This document shows positions 18,810 through 27,557 of a stretch of DNA of 43,895 nt, piece after piece. Source of the DNA: Nitrospirae bacterium MYbin3 (GTDB lineage: Bacteria; Nitrospirota; Thermodesulfovibrionia; Thermodesulfovibrionales; Dissulfurispiraceae); assembly GCA_002753335.1 (NCBI GenBank), contig PEAD01000025.1:1-43895 (forward strand). Direction: 5' to 3'. The stretch's first letter is position 1, and every line of letters starts with the position of its first letter. The notes below the pieces were generated by a model. That model ran no database searches. It saw only the letters and a program-made list of their open reading frames with translations, and was not told where the DNA came from. The position numbers and the translations under genes were made by a program.

Positions 18810-19256
18810 TCATAGATTTGTATGTTTGCGTTTTGATGTATTAGAAAGCTTTATGCCTTGTTTCTTAAAAGACTCTCTAACGGCTTTGCGTACTTTTGCA
18901 GCTATCTCAACAGCACTGACCGCTTCTTTTTTGGATACAATGTCTTTGCCGGGATAACGGGCTGTAACAGCATAGGGAGTTAAGCTTTCGGCCTCTGTCA
19001 AATCTGATACCCAGATTGCATGTGCAGAACACATTTCTAAAAGTAGAGATATGTTGTGTGTATATGGGAAATCGACTTTTTGAAGGGCCAGAAATGATTT
19101 TAAGTATTTCTCAGCACACTGTTGCGCATGAAAAGCAACAAGTTTGTAAGGGCAGGAACTTGAAAGTTTAAAGGCATGCTTTGCCAAACGTAAGTCCTCA
19201 TCCGCATGTTTAATCCATTGTCTGACAATTTTATTTACATCCTCACTTTTGCTCAT
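18810..19256 (-). CDS. HEPN domain protein
   Basis: A.EDL..A, FHAQQCAEKYLK, THN, ARYP; overlaps MNT gene. Confidence 0.88.
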   Translation of the reverse strand: MSKSEDVNKIVRQWIKHADEDLRLAKHAFKLSSSCPYKLVAFHAQQCAEKYLKSFLALQKVDFPYTHNISLLLEMCSAHAIWVSDLTEAESLTPYAVTARYPGKDIVSKKEAVSAVEIAAKVRKAVRESFKKQGIKLSNTSKRKHTNL

Positions 19257-19560
19257 AAAGCAGCTTTCCTTCTTTTGAAGCATAGCGGGCTACAGTTCCT
19301 GGTACATACTTTTCGGTCTCAAACTCCTCAGGAGTCAATATTACAATATCACGCGCCAAACCTGTTCCAACCAGGATACTATCTATCTCGAGCATCATCT
19401 TCCTACGTGATTTTTTAAGCGGACATATCACAAGAAAATCAATATCACTTTTTTCATCAGCAGTCCCTCTGGCATGCGAACCAAAAAGGATAATACGATT
19501 AGGCCTGAATTTTTCAGCTATCATTCGGGCTGCATTTCTTATATTTTTTTTGTTTGGCAT
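19243..19560 (-). CDS. Minimal nucleotidyltransferase (MNT)
   Basis: LFGSHARG....SDID. Confidence 0.9.
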   Translation of the reverse strand: MPNKKNIRNAARMIAEKFRPNRIILFGSHARGTADEKSDIDFLVICPLKKSRRKMMLEIDSILVGTGLARDIVILTPEEFETEKYVPGTVARYASKEGKLLYEQK

Positions 19561-19603
19561 TTAATTCTGTCTATCCATTTTAATGTTCGTATTATACCAT
19601 CCC

Positions 19604-20437
19604 TTAAACAATCTTCATGCTTATATCTGCCGCCTTGACCGAATGAGTAAGTGCGCCTATCGAGATTATATCAACGCCGGTTTCGGCGATAGCCCTGACA
19701 TTTTCAAGGCTTACATTGCCTGACGCCTCTAAAAGTGCACGTTTCGCGGTTATGCCTACGGCCTTTTTCATATCGTCAATAGTCATGTTATCAAGCATTA
19801 TCACATCAGCACCTGCGGCTAATGCCTCGTAGAGATCATCAAAGTTACTTACCTCTACCTCTATCTTCAACAGGTGATGTGACTTGCGAGCCAACTCAAC
19901 AGCTTTTTTGACTCCACCAGAAGCAGCTATATGATTGTCCTTTATCAGTACTCCGTCATACAAACCAAACCTATGGTTCTTTCCTCCGCCAACATTCACA
20001 CCGTATTTATCCAACAAACGCAGTCCCGGAGCGGTCTTTCTCGTGTCCGTAATGCTGACATTCAAGCCCTCAACCTTAGAAACAAACTCTCTTGTCTTTG
20101 TAGATATGCCCGAAACACGCTGAAGCATATTCAAAGCAACCCTCTCTCCTGCAAGCAGCGTCGCTGTTTTGCCCGAAAGTTCGGCTATCACATCGCCGTT
20201 TTTAACCGCAGCTCCTTCCGCCACAAAGTCCTTTATCTCAACAATTCCCAACGCACTAAACACTTCATGAACAAAAGGCATGCCTGCCAATACAAACGAT
20301 TCTTTTGCGATAATCTTGGCCTGAGAATGCGAGGAATCAGGGATTGTTAAAAGTGTTGTGATATCGCCGTTGCCAAGGTCTTCAATCAGCGCGATTCTTA
20401 TGATTTCTTTCAGAAGCTGGTTATTCAGAAAATCCAT
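19604..20437 (-). CDS. nadC: Quinolinate phosphoribosyltransferase
   Basis: DTRKT.PG, NHRFGL.D..LIKDNH, IMLDN, ISIGALTHS. Confidence 0.97.
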   Translation of the reverse strand: MDFLNNQLLKEIIRIALIEDLGNGDITTLLTIPDSSHSQAKIIAKESFVLAGMPFVHEVFSALGIVEIKDFVAEGAAVKNGDVIAELSGKTATLLAGERVALNMLQRVSGISTKTREFVSKVEGLNVSITDTRKTAPGLRLLDKYGVNVGGGKNHRFGLYDGVLIKDNHIAASGGVKKAVELARKSHHLLKIEVEVSNFDDLYEALAAGADVIMLDNMTIDDMKKAVGITAKRALLEASGNVSLENVRAIAETGVDIISIGALTHSVKAADISMKIV

Positions 20438-20444
20438 AAGAGGC

Positions 20445-23246
20445 TTACCCTTCTACAGTCTTTAGCAGATTAAGGTTATCATCGAGCTTAGACTTCTTTT
20501 GTAGAAGCAGCTCGTATTTTGAACGGTCCTTTGCGACCACATCCGGCGGAGCGTTTTTGATAAAATCCTCGTTAGAAAGTTTTTTATTGATAAACATTAT
20601 GTCTTTGGCTATCTTTTCCTGCTCCTTGCCAATCCTTGCCACTTCAGCCTTTATGTCAAGAAGCCCCTCCATCGGAATATATATCTCGATCATGTTCATC
20701 ACAGCTATTGCAGAACCTTTTGCGCGGCTCACATCCATACCAACATTTATTTCCTTGGATCTCGTCATCTTCAAGATAGGGGGAAGGTTAGCCTTGATAA
20801 CTTCCTCAGCCTCCTTTGACAAGGCCTTTATGTCAGCCCGTATCTCAAGTCCAGGTGATACGTTCAGCTCCCCCCTAACGCTCCTAATTCCGTTGACAGC
20901 ATCAAGAACATATGCCATCTGCCTTTCTGCATCATCAACTTTAGGAAGATTTGAAGGGAATTTTTCAACCATAATGCTGCCGGAGCCTTCAAACACCAAA
21001 CTCCAGATTTCTTCGGTAACAAAAGGCATGAACGGATGCAGAAGCTTAAGCGTATTTTCGAGCAGATGAAACATGCAGCACAGAACAGCCTCTTTTTCTT
21101 CCTCGCTGCCATTATAAAGCGCAGGCTTTGAAAGCTCTATATACCAGTCGCAGAACTCATGCCATACAAAATGATAAATACTTCCTGCAGCATCGTTAAA
21201 CCTGTAATTCTCAAGATTTCTGCTCACTTCATCAGCAGCAAACGAAAGTCTGCTGACTATCCATCTGCCGGACAGGTCAAGCTTATTCTGATCAAGAGGC
21301 TTCCGTTTATAATCGGATGAATAGTTTAAAATAAATTTTGTAGCATTCCAGAGCTTATTGATAAAAAATCTGTAACCTTCAACCCTCTCTTCAGAAAATC
21401 TTATATCCCTGCCCTGAGCAGCAAAAGCGGCAAGGCTAAACCTGAACGCGTCAGCCCCGTATTTATCGGTCATTATAAGCGGGTCTATCACATTGCCCTT
21501 GGACTTGCTCATCTTGTGGCCATGGGCATCCCGAATCAAGGCATGAATATAAACATCCTTAAACGGCACATCGTCCATGAATTTTCCGCCCATCATCATC
21601 ATTCGCGCCACCCAGAAAAACAAAATATCAAACGCGGTAACAAGAACGCTTGTCGGATAAAACGCCTTTAAATCACCTGTCTGTTCAGGCCAACCCAATG
21701 TTGAGAACGGCCAGAGCGCGGATGAAAACCATGTGTCAAGAACATCAGGGTCGCGGATGATATTTCTGCTTTTGCAAGAAGGACATTCCGAAATATCGTC
21801 CTTGCCGCATAGCGGTTTCACAAGTTTAGAAACCCTTATTGTTTTTGAGTTTGCAACTATATCATCATGCGGTAAGCCCGCTTTTCTGAGTTCGCTGTAA
21901 CTGCCGCTTATCCGGCCTGAAACAGGCTCGAAAAACACATGCTCAATAATATCGCCCTGCTGCACACCACTGTCGGTTTTGCAGTCAGGACAGTACCATA
22001 CAGGGATTCTGTGGCCCCACCAGATCTGTCTTGATATGCACCAATCGTTGATATCTCGCATCCAGGCATAAAAATTATTGTTCCATGAATCCGGTATAAG
22101 CCTTGTCCTGCCTTGCTCTACGGACTTTACGGCATCATCCGCAAGCCCTCTCGTCTTTACATACCACTGTATCGTTTGCAGCGGCTCTATTATCGTCTTG
22201 CAGCGATAGCAATGACCAACAGCATGAGGATGCTTCTTTTCGCCTTCAAGCAGATCAAGCTCTTTAAGATCATGAATAATCCTCTTCCTGCATTCATATC
22301 TATCAATGCCTGCATACCGCTCTCCTGCTTCGGCAGCCATGCGGCCGTCTTCGGATATAACGGTTAGCGAAGCCAAACTATGCCGCTTGCCCATAGCCTC
22401 ATCATTAAAATCATGCGCAGGAGTAACCTTTACCGCGCCTGTTCCGAATGCTGAATCAACAGCCTGGTCATAAACAACCGGAATCTTTCTTCCGGTCAAC
22501 GGCAGTTCGAGAAATTTACCGGCAAACCCTGAATAACGTTCGTCTTCAGGGTTTACGGCAACGCCCGTATCACCGAGCATGGTTTCGGGTCTTGTGGTTG
22601 CAACAACTATAAATTCGTTAGTACCAGACACAGGATATTTGATGTAATAGAGCCGGCCTTCAAGATCCTCATATTCTACTTCCAGATCTGAAAGCGCGGT
22701 ATGGCAGCGAGGGCACCAGTTTATAAGCCTGTTGTCTCTGTAAATAAGACCTTCTTCAAAAAGCTTTACAAAGACTTCTCTGACCGCCTTTGAAAGCCCT
22801 TCATCAAGAGTGAACCTCTCGCGCGACCAGTCGCACGAAGCTCCCATCTTTTTGAGCTGATGGATTATCCTTCCGCCGTATTCGGCCTTCCATTCCCAGA
22901 CCTTTTGTATAAAGGCATCTCTGCCTAATTTATGCCTGTCGATTCCATCCTTGGATATTTGGCGTTCCACCACATTCTGAGTGGCTATGCCCGCGTGATC
23001 TGTTCCAGGAAGCCAAAGCACCCTGAAACCCTGCATCCTTTTCCATCTTGAAAGAATGTCCTGAACAGTTGCGTTAAGCGCGTGTCCCATGTGCAGAGAG
23101 CCGGTAACATTGGGTGGAGGTATTACAATAGAAAAGGAGGGAGCTTCAGAGTCGCTCGATGGCTTGAAATAGCCTTTTTCTTCCCAAAAGGCGTACCACC
23201 GGTCCTCTATTTCCTTGGGGTCGTAGTTTTTCTTAAAATCGATCAT
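20445..23246 (-). CDS. valS: Valine-tRNA ligase
   Basis: PPPNVTGSLHMGH, DWCISRQIWWGH, KMSKS, C-terminal coiled coil. Confidence 0.98.
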   Translation of the reverse strand: MIDFKKNYDPKEIEDRWYAFWEEKGYFKPSSDSEAPSFSIVIPPPNVTGSLHMGHALNATVQDILSRWKRMQGFRVLWLPGTDHAGIATQNVVERQISKDGIDRHKLGRDAFIQKVWEWKAEYGGRIIHQLKKMGASCDWSRERFTLDEGLSKAVREVFVKLFEEGLIYRDNRLINWCPRCHTALSDLEVEYEDLEGRLYYIKYPVSGTNEFIVVATTRPETMLGDTGVAVNPEDERYSGFAGKFLELPLTGRKIPVVYDQAVDSAFGTGAVKVTPAHDFNDEAMGKRHSLASLTVISEDGRMAAEAGERYAGIDRYECRKRIIHDLKELDLLEGEKKHPHAVGHCYRCKTIIEPLQTIQWYVKTRGLADDAVKSVEQGRTRLIPDSWNNNFYAWMRDINDWCISRQIWWGHRIPVWYCPDCKTDSGVQQGDIIEHVFFEPVSGRISGSYSELRKAGLPHDDIVANSKTIRVSKLVKPLCGKDDISECPSCKSRNIIRDPDVLDTWFSSALWPFSTLGWPEQTGDLKAFYPTSVLVTAFDILFFWVARMMMMGGKFMDDVPFKDVYIHALIRDAHGHKMSKSKGNVIDPLIMTDKYGADAFRFSLAAFAAQGRDIRFSEERVEGYRFFINKLWNATKFILNYSSDYKRKPLDQNKLDLSGRWIVSRLSFAADEVSRNLENYRFNDAAGSIYHFVWHEFCDWYIELSKPALYNGSEEEKEAVLCCMFHLLENTLKLLHPFMPFVTEEIWSLVFEGSGSIMVEKFPSNLPKVDDAERQMAYVLDAVNGIRSVRGELNVSPGLEIRADIKALSKEAEEVIKANLPPILKMTRSKEINVGMDVSRAKGSAIAVMNMIEIYIPMEGLLDIKAEVARIGKEQEKIAKDIMFINKKLSNEDFIKNAPPDVVAKDRSKYELLLQKKSKLDDNLNLLKTVEG

Positions 23247-23307
23247 GGTTTGTTATTTTGCAGAATAGATGTGACTTTTTGCAAAAAATAATAGGACTAG
23301 AAAAAAG

Positions 23308-24156
23308 CTACAGCTCTGAAGTGATCTTCTCTATCTCTTTTCTGATAATTGACTCTGCAATCTCAGGAACATGCTTGTTAATTGCAGCCTCAACATCACC
23401 CCTCAACGAAGAAAAAAGATTGTCTATCTGTCCTCTCACTTCCTGCCTGATAATTTCGAGCACCTGCTCTTCAGTCGGCATTCTTACAGCAACACGCAGT
23501 TCCGAAGGCCCTGCTGATTGAGGAACGATCTCTTCTTTTTCTATCGCCTCATCCAGAACTTTGTCAAACTCCTTCTGGCCTCCGGCAAGAGCAGCCTGCG
23601 CCTCATAGTCTTCATCAACTGTCCGCTGACCCTCAGCTTTTTCTTCAGTTTCTATTTTGACATCCTCATCCCACTTAGGTTCTTCAAGCTCCGAAGTATC
23701 GACGACGTCTGGCATATCAGAAATAGGCTCTTCAATAGTAGCAGAAACAGGCTCCTCCTCGACAACCAACTCTGGGGGAGCAGGAGGCACAGCAGCAAGC
23801 AACGCCTTGACTTTACTTATAAGCTCCTGAGATTCAAAAGGCTTTATAATAAAATCATCCGCCGAAACAGATTTCGCATATGCTTCATCAAAAGGCTCAA
23901 ACGCACCTGCAAGAAGTATCACAGGTATACGTGAGTGCGTGTCGCTCTTCTTAACCTTTTCGCAAAGCTGGTAGCCGTTAATCTTAGGCATATCTATATC
24001 GGCCAGAACAATATCCGGAGAGAAGGATTCCAAAACAGCCAGCGCCTGCTCGCCGTCGTTAGTGGTCTTGATTTCAAAATTCTCATTCGCGAGCACAAGC
24101 TCCACCACTTTTTGAATCGTGAGACTGTCGTCTGCAAGCAATAGTTTATATGACAT
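23308..24156 (-). CDS. RomR-like response regulator (receiver, acidic/Pro linker, C-terminal helix)
   Basis: LLADDSLTIQKVV, DIDMP, KPF; ends VPEIAESIIRKEIEKI. Confidence 0.8.
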   Translation of the reverse strand: MSYKLLLADDSLTIQKVVELVLANENFEIKTTNDGEQALAVLESFSPDIVLADIDMPKINGYQLCEKVKKSDTHSRIPVILLAGAFEPFDEAYAKSVSADDFIIKPFESQELISKVKALLAAVPPAPPELVVEEEPVSATIEEPISDMPDVVDTSELEEPKWDEDVKIETEEKAEGQRTVDEDYEAQAALAGGQKEFDKVLDEAIEKEEIVPQSAGPSELRVAVRMPTEEQVLEIIRQEVRGQIDNLFSSLRGDVEAAINKHVPEIAESIIRKEIEKITSEL

Positions 24157-24264
24157 AAGAACTCCTTTCGTACCTCAAAAAATCTTGACCAATTTTAGTT
24201 GTACGGCATGGTTTTGTCAAGAAAATTGTTGTTTTTTCCTGCAGAAACCGATCATTAGTAATTT

Positions 24265-25083
24265 CTACTTGTCCTTCGAATTTATAACTTCATAAGTCAA
24301 AATGACATCTTCGGCATAATCGGCTATTTCGGAATACTTCCTGAAAAAATCGCTGAAGCTCATCGACTGGGACGGCTTGAACATACCGATAAAATCCCTA
24401 GCATGGTCGCCATCAAGCCCGACTATAAAAAAGGCTTCTGCATCACGCTTGTGGCCTTCAAGTGTCTGCATTTCGAGTTCCGACCGAGCATTTTTACCGG
24501 GAAACACAAGCTTTTTGGCTTTAGAAGCCTTGTTATCTTTGTCATGTTCGTTCGGAAAGACCATAAAAACCTTATCATCAGCCGTTATGTTGAATATACC
24601 GATTTTGGACTCTCTGTCTGCACTGACTTCGATGACAGCCTTATCACCATTTTTATAAACAATGGCATTGGTACTGGCCCTGATGCCGATCGGCTTTATC
24701 TTAGGTTCAGGCAATTTAACATCAGCAGTTATCTTGACACGATACTCAATAAGGGCCGGCGTTGAAGGATCTTTCTGGTATTGCCCGGGAGTAGGCCATT
24801 CAACTTTTTCTTTTACGATAAATCCTTTTGAATAGCTCTTGATGAACTCTGCTGTTAGCGCCATATTTGTAACAAGCGTGGATGATGAAACAGACATGCC
24901 TGCGGCCTGCTCTATTGCTGCGGCACGAGCCCGCTGAAGCGCGGTCAATTGGCACTGTTCCGCAGTCATGCCAACTATTGCGCATGCGCCCTCTGCCTGA
25001 ATATTTGAAACTATTTCGGCATTGGATATATCTGAAAACAGCAAAACTATTATGGAACAAACGATGTATTTAATAGTTCTCAA
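24265..25083 (-). CDS. Exported protein, probable FlgT-N-like plus DUF4384-like domains
   Basis: TTG after GGAGG, signal peptide, AL..A...AIEQA, YKNGD..FPN. Confidence 0.6.
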   Translation of the reverse strand: MRTIKYIVCSIIVLLFSDISNAEIVSNIQAEGACAIVGMTAEQCQLTALQRARAAAIEQAAGMSVSSSTLVTNMALTAEFIKSYSKGFIVKEKVEWPTPGQYQKDPSTPALIEYRVKITADVKLPEPKIKPIGIRASTNAIVYKNGDKAVIEVSADRESKIGIFNITADDKVFMVFPNEHDKDNKASKAKKLVFPGKNARSELEMQTLEGHKRDAEAFFIVGLDGDHARDFIGMFKPSQSMSFSDFFRKYSEIADYAEDVILTYEVINSKDK

Positions 25084-25125
25084 TTTTCCTCCCCCAATGC
25101 TAATAGTGGTTTTGAAATGCAATCT

Positions 25126-25497
25126 TCAGATTTTTTTCTTGCTCCTGTAATCCTCAATAGCCTTCTTAAGCGCATCCGCCCCCAAGTTGGAGCAGTGCAT
25201 TTTCTGAGGTGGAAGTCCGCCCAGTTCGGCAGCAACAGCTTCTTTTGATATGAGAAGGGCCTCATCGAGCGTCTTGCCTTTAACCATCTCAGTAACCATG
25301 CTGCTGACCGCAATAGCAGAACCACAGCCAAAGGTCCTGAATTTGGCGTCAACAATAACATCATTCTCGACCTTGATGAAAAGCTGCATCGAGTCACCGC
25401 AGGTGGGATTGCCTTCCATTCCTACACCATCTGCATCTGCTATCTCTCCAACATTCCTCGGATTCATAAAATGGTCCATCACTTTTTCGGTATACAT
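25126..25497 (-). CDS. iscU: Fe-S scaffold IscU/NifU-N
   Basis: DHF.NPRNVG, CGD, FGCGSAIA, KMHCS. Confidence 0.95.
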   Translation of the reverse strand: MYTEKVMDHFMNPRNVGEIADADGVGMEGNPTCGDSMQLFIKVENDVIVDAKFRTFGCGSAIAVSSMVTEMVKGKTLDEALLISKEAVAAELGGLPPQKMHCSNLGADALKKAIEDYRSKKKI

Positions 25498-25515
25498 AGT
25501 TTATCCTCCTATATC

Positions 25516-26703
25516 CTAGCTCTTATCAGCTTGCGCTCCATCGCCCCAACCCTTTGCAAACGGCGACATGTCACGCAGTTTTTTGACAACCTGAGGGAAT
25601 TCCTGAAGGAAGTAATCAACATCCTCATCTGAATTCCCTTTTCCCAATGTAAAAACTATCGAACCCTGAGCCAATGCTGTAGGCACACCCAAAGACAACA
25701 GTACAGGCGATGACTTCAACGCCTTTGAAGAGCAGGCAGATCCGCTCGCAGCATAAATGCCCTTGACCGAAAGCATCAGCATCATAGCCTCGCCCTCGAT
25801 GAATTCCACTACATAACTGGCGTGGTGAGGAAGCCTCTGCTCAGGATGACCTGTAAGATAGACATTAGGCATATCCGCGATGCCTTTGATTATCCTGTCA
25901 CGCAGTTTTTTTACATTCTCCATCCTTGCAGAAAGATCATTCCTGGTTATCTCGGCAGCTTTGCCCATGCCTACTATCGCAGGCACATTCTCCGTCCCGG
26001 CCCGTCTGCCTCCTTCCTGAATGCCGCCGTAAATAAGAGGAACTATCCTTGTTCCTTCCTTCACATACAATGCACCGGCACCTTTCGGTCCGTAGAACTG
26101 GTGCGCAGCCATGCTCATCAAATCGATATCGAGTTCTTTTACATCAACAGGAATATTGCCGACAGCAGCAACGCCGTCCGCATGAACCGCAACGCCAGAT
26201 TCCTTAGCAACTTTCACTATATCCTTCATAGGCTCGATAGAACCGACTTCGCTGCTCGCCATGGTTATAGAGACCAGTACAGTTTCTTTTGTAATAGATT
26301 TTTTCAGGACTTCAGGGTCAACCATGCCATGCTTGTCAACCGGCAGGTAAGTGACCACAAAACCGCTCTTTTCGAGAAACCGCGCAGAATTTAGGATAGA
26401 GTGATGCTCCACCTTGCTCACAATAATATGTTTACCCTGATTCTGCTTCGCAAGCGCAATGCCTCGCAGTGCAAAGTTATTGGCCTCCGCACCGCTCGCA
26501 GTAAACACGATTGCTGATGTGCGGGCATTGACCAGCTTTGCGACATCCTCCCGTGCGCCCTCTATAGCTTCCCTTGCCTGAGAGCCTATGTCATATATGC
26601 TCAAAGGATTGCCGAAGCTTTCCTTAAAATAAGGCATCATTGCATCAAGCACCACAGGGTCGAGCGGGTTAGTTGCTACATGGTCGAAATAACATTTCCT
26701 CAT
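25516..26703 (-). CDS. iscS: Cysteine desulfurase IscS/NifS
   Basis: FGNP, EHHS, YGPKG.G, R.GTEN, SGSACS. Confidence 0.92.
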   Translation of the reverse strand: MRKCYFDHVATNPLDPVVLDAMMPYFKESFGNPLSIYDIGSQAREAIEGAREDVAKLVNARTSAIVFTASGAEANNFALRGIALAKQNQGKHIIVSKVEHHSILNSARFLEKSGFVVTYLPVDKHGMVDPEVLKKSITKETVLVSITMASSEVGSIEPMKDIVKVAKESGVAVHADGVAAVGNIPVDVKELDIDLMSMAAHQFYGPKGAGALYVKEGTRIVPLIYGGIQEGGRRAGTENVPAIVGMGKAAEITRNDLSARMENVKKLRDRIIKGIADMPNVYLTGHPEQRLPHHASYVVEFIEGEAMMLMLSVKGIYAASGSACSSKALKSSPVLLSLGVPTALAQGSIVFTLGKGNSDEDVDYFLQEFPQVVKKLRDMSPFAKGWGDGAQADKS

Positions 26704-26711
26704 ATCTCACC

Positions 26712-26960
26712 TCAAACAAGCTTTTTTACATAAAACTTATAGAAAGATTCGTCTTCATCAAGCCCCAAAAAATCATTGCCGGTCTTCTCGCACCATGCCG
26801 GGATATCTTCGAGCGCACCGTCATAGTCGGTCAGTATTTCAAGCACCTGCCCTGTATCAAGGGTCTTTATCATCTCATCAAGCTTAAGCAAATGCATCGG
26901 GCACATCATGTAAACAATATCTGCGGTGACATCTGCCTTTACATCACTTACAAACTTCAC
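26712..26960 (-). CDS. TusA/SirA-like sulfur carrier
   Basis: CPM motif, GQVLEILTD, DIPAWC. Confidence 0.85.
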   Translation of the reverse strand: MKFVSDVKADVTADIVYMMCPMHLLKLDEMIKTLDTGQVLEILTDYDGALEDIPAWCEKTGNDFLGLDEDESFYKFYVKKLV

Positions 26961-27415
26961 TGTTTCTTCCTCTTGAGACTTTTAATCTTCATTATTCCGT
27001 TGCCGTCAAAATCACCATCAATAAGATTTTTCAGAGATATTGTTTCAAGAAAACCTTCTATCTTCTCGCCGAGGGCTTTCCATAAAAGACGGGTCACGCA
27101 ATTGTCTATCCTGCCGCAGCCCTCTTCAGGGTCAAGGCATGATGTTATGGCCACAGGCCCTTCCAGCTCGTTGAGAATCACTGATATGCTTATTTCGGCC
27201 GGATTACGGACAAGCAGATAGCCGCCTCCTGGCCCCTTAACGCTCTTTATAAACCCTGCCTTTCTCAGCTTGTTCAGAATCTGTTCAAGGTAGGCCACAG
27301 AGACATCCTGCCTCTCGGATATCCCTTTTATGGTCACCGGAGTTTCGGGATAGCCTTTTGCTATCTCATACATCGCCCTGACGCCGTATTGCCCCTTTGT
27401 AGAAAGTCTAAGCAT
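26957..27415 (-). CDS. iscR: Rrf2-family regulator, IscR-like
   Basis: MLRLSTKGQYG, YLEQI, S.KGPGGGY, C-x6-C-x5-C; heads isc operon. Confidence 0.85.
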   Translation of the reverse strand: MLRLSTKGQYGVRAMYEIAKGYPETPVTIKGISERQDVSVAYLEQILNKLRKAGFIKSVKGPGGGYLLVRNPAEISISVILNELEGPVAITSCLDPEEGCGRIDNCVTRLLWKALGEKIEGFLETISLKNLIDGDFDGNGIMKIKSLKRKKQ

Positions 27416-27422
27416 AATTATT

Positions 27423-27455
27423 ATGCTATAAAACCCTACCATTTTTGTCAACTAT
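27423..27455 (-). promoter_or_regulatory. Promoter with IscR type-1-like operator
   Basis: ATAGTTGACAAAAATGGTAGGGTTT overlapping TTGACA-17-TAGCAT. Confidence 0.65.
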
Positions 27456-27557
27456 TTTTTTAAACCACTTTTATTCAAAAGCGGGCTGTAAATTTTTTGT
27501 ATTTTTTACAAAAAAAGATTGTAGGCTCTCATTTTTAAGCTATAATAATCATACTAA

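Noticed and set aside
21775..21995. Intein in valS
   Set aside because: Too short and no terminal HN or splicing motifs
26712..26960. Sec-containing SirA/TusA
   Set aside because: Active-site codon is TGC (Cys); the terminal TGA is at the expected protein end
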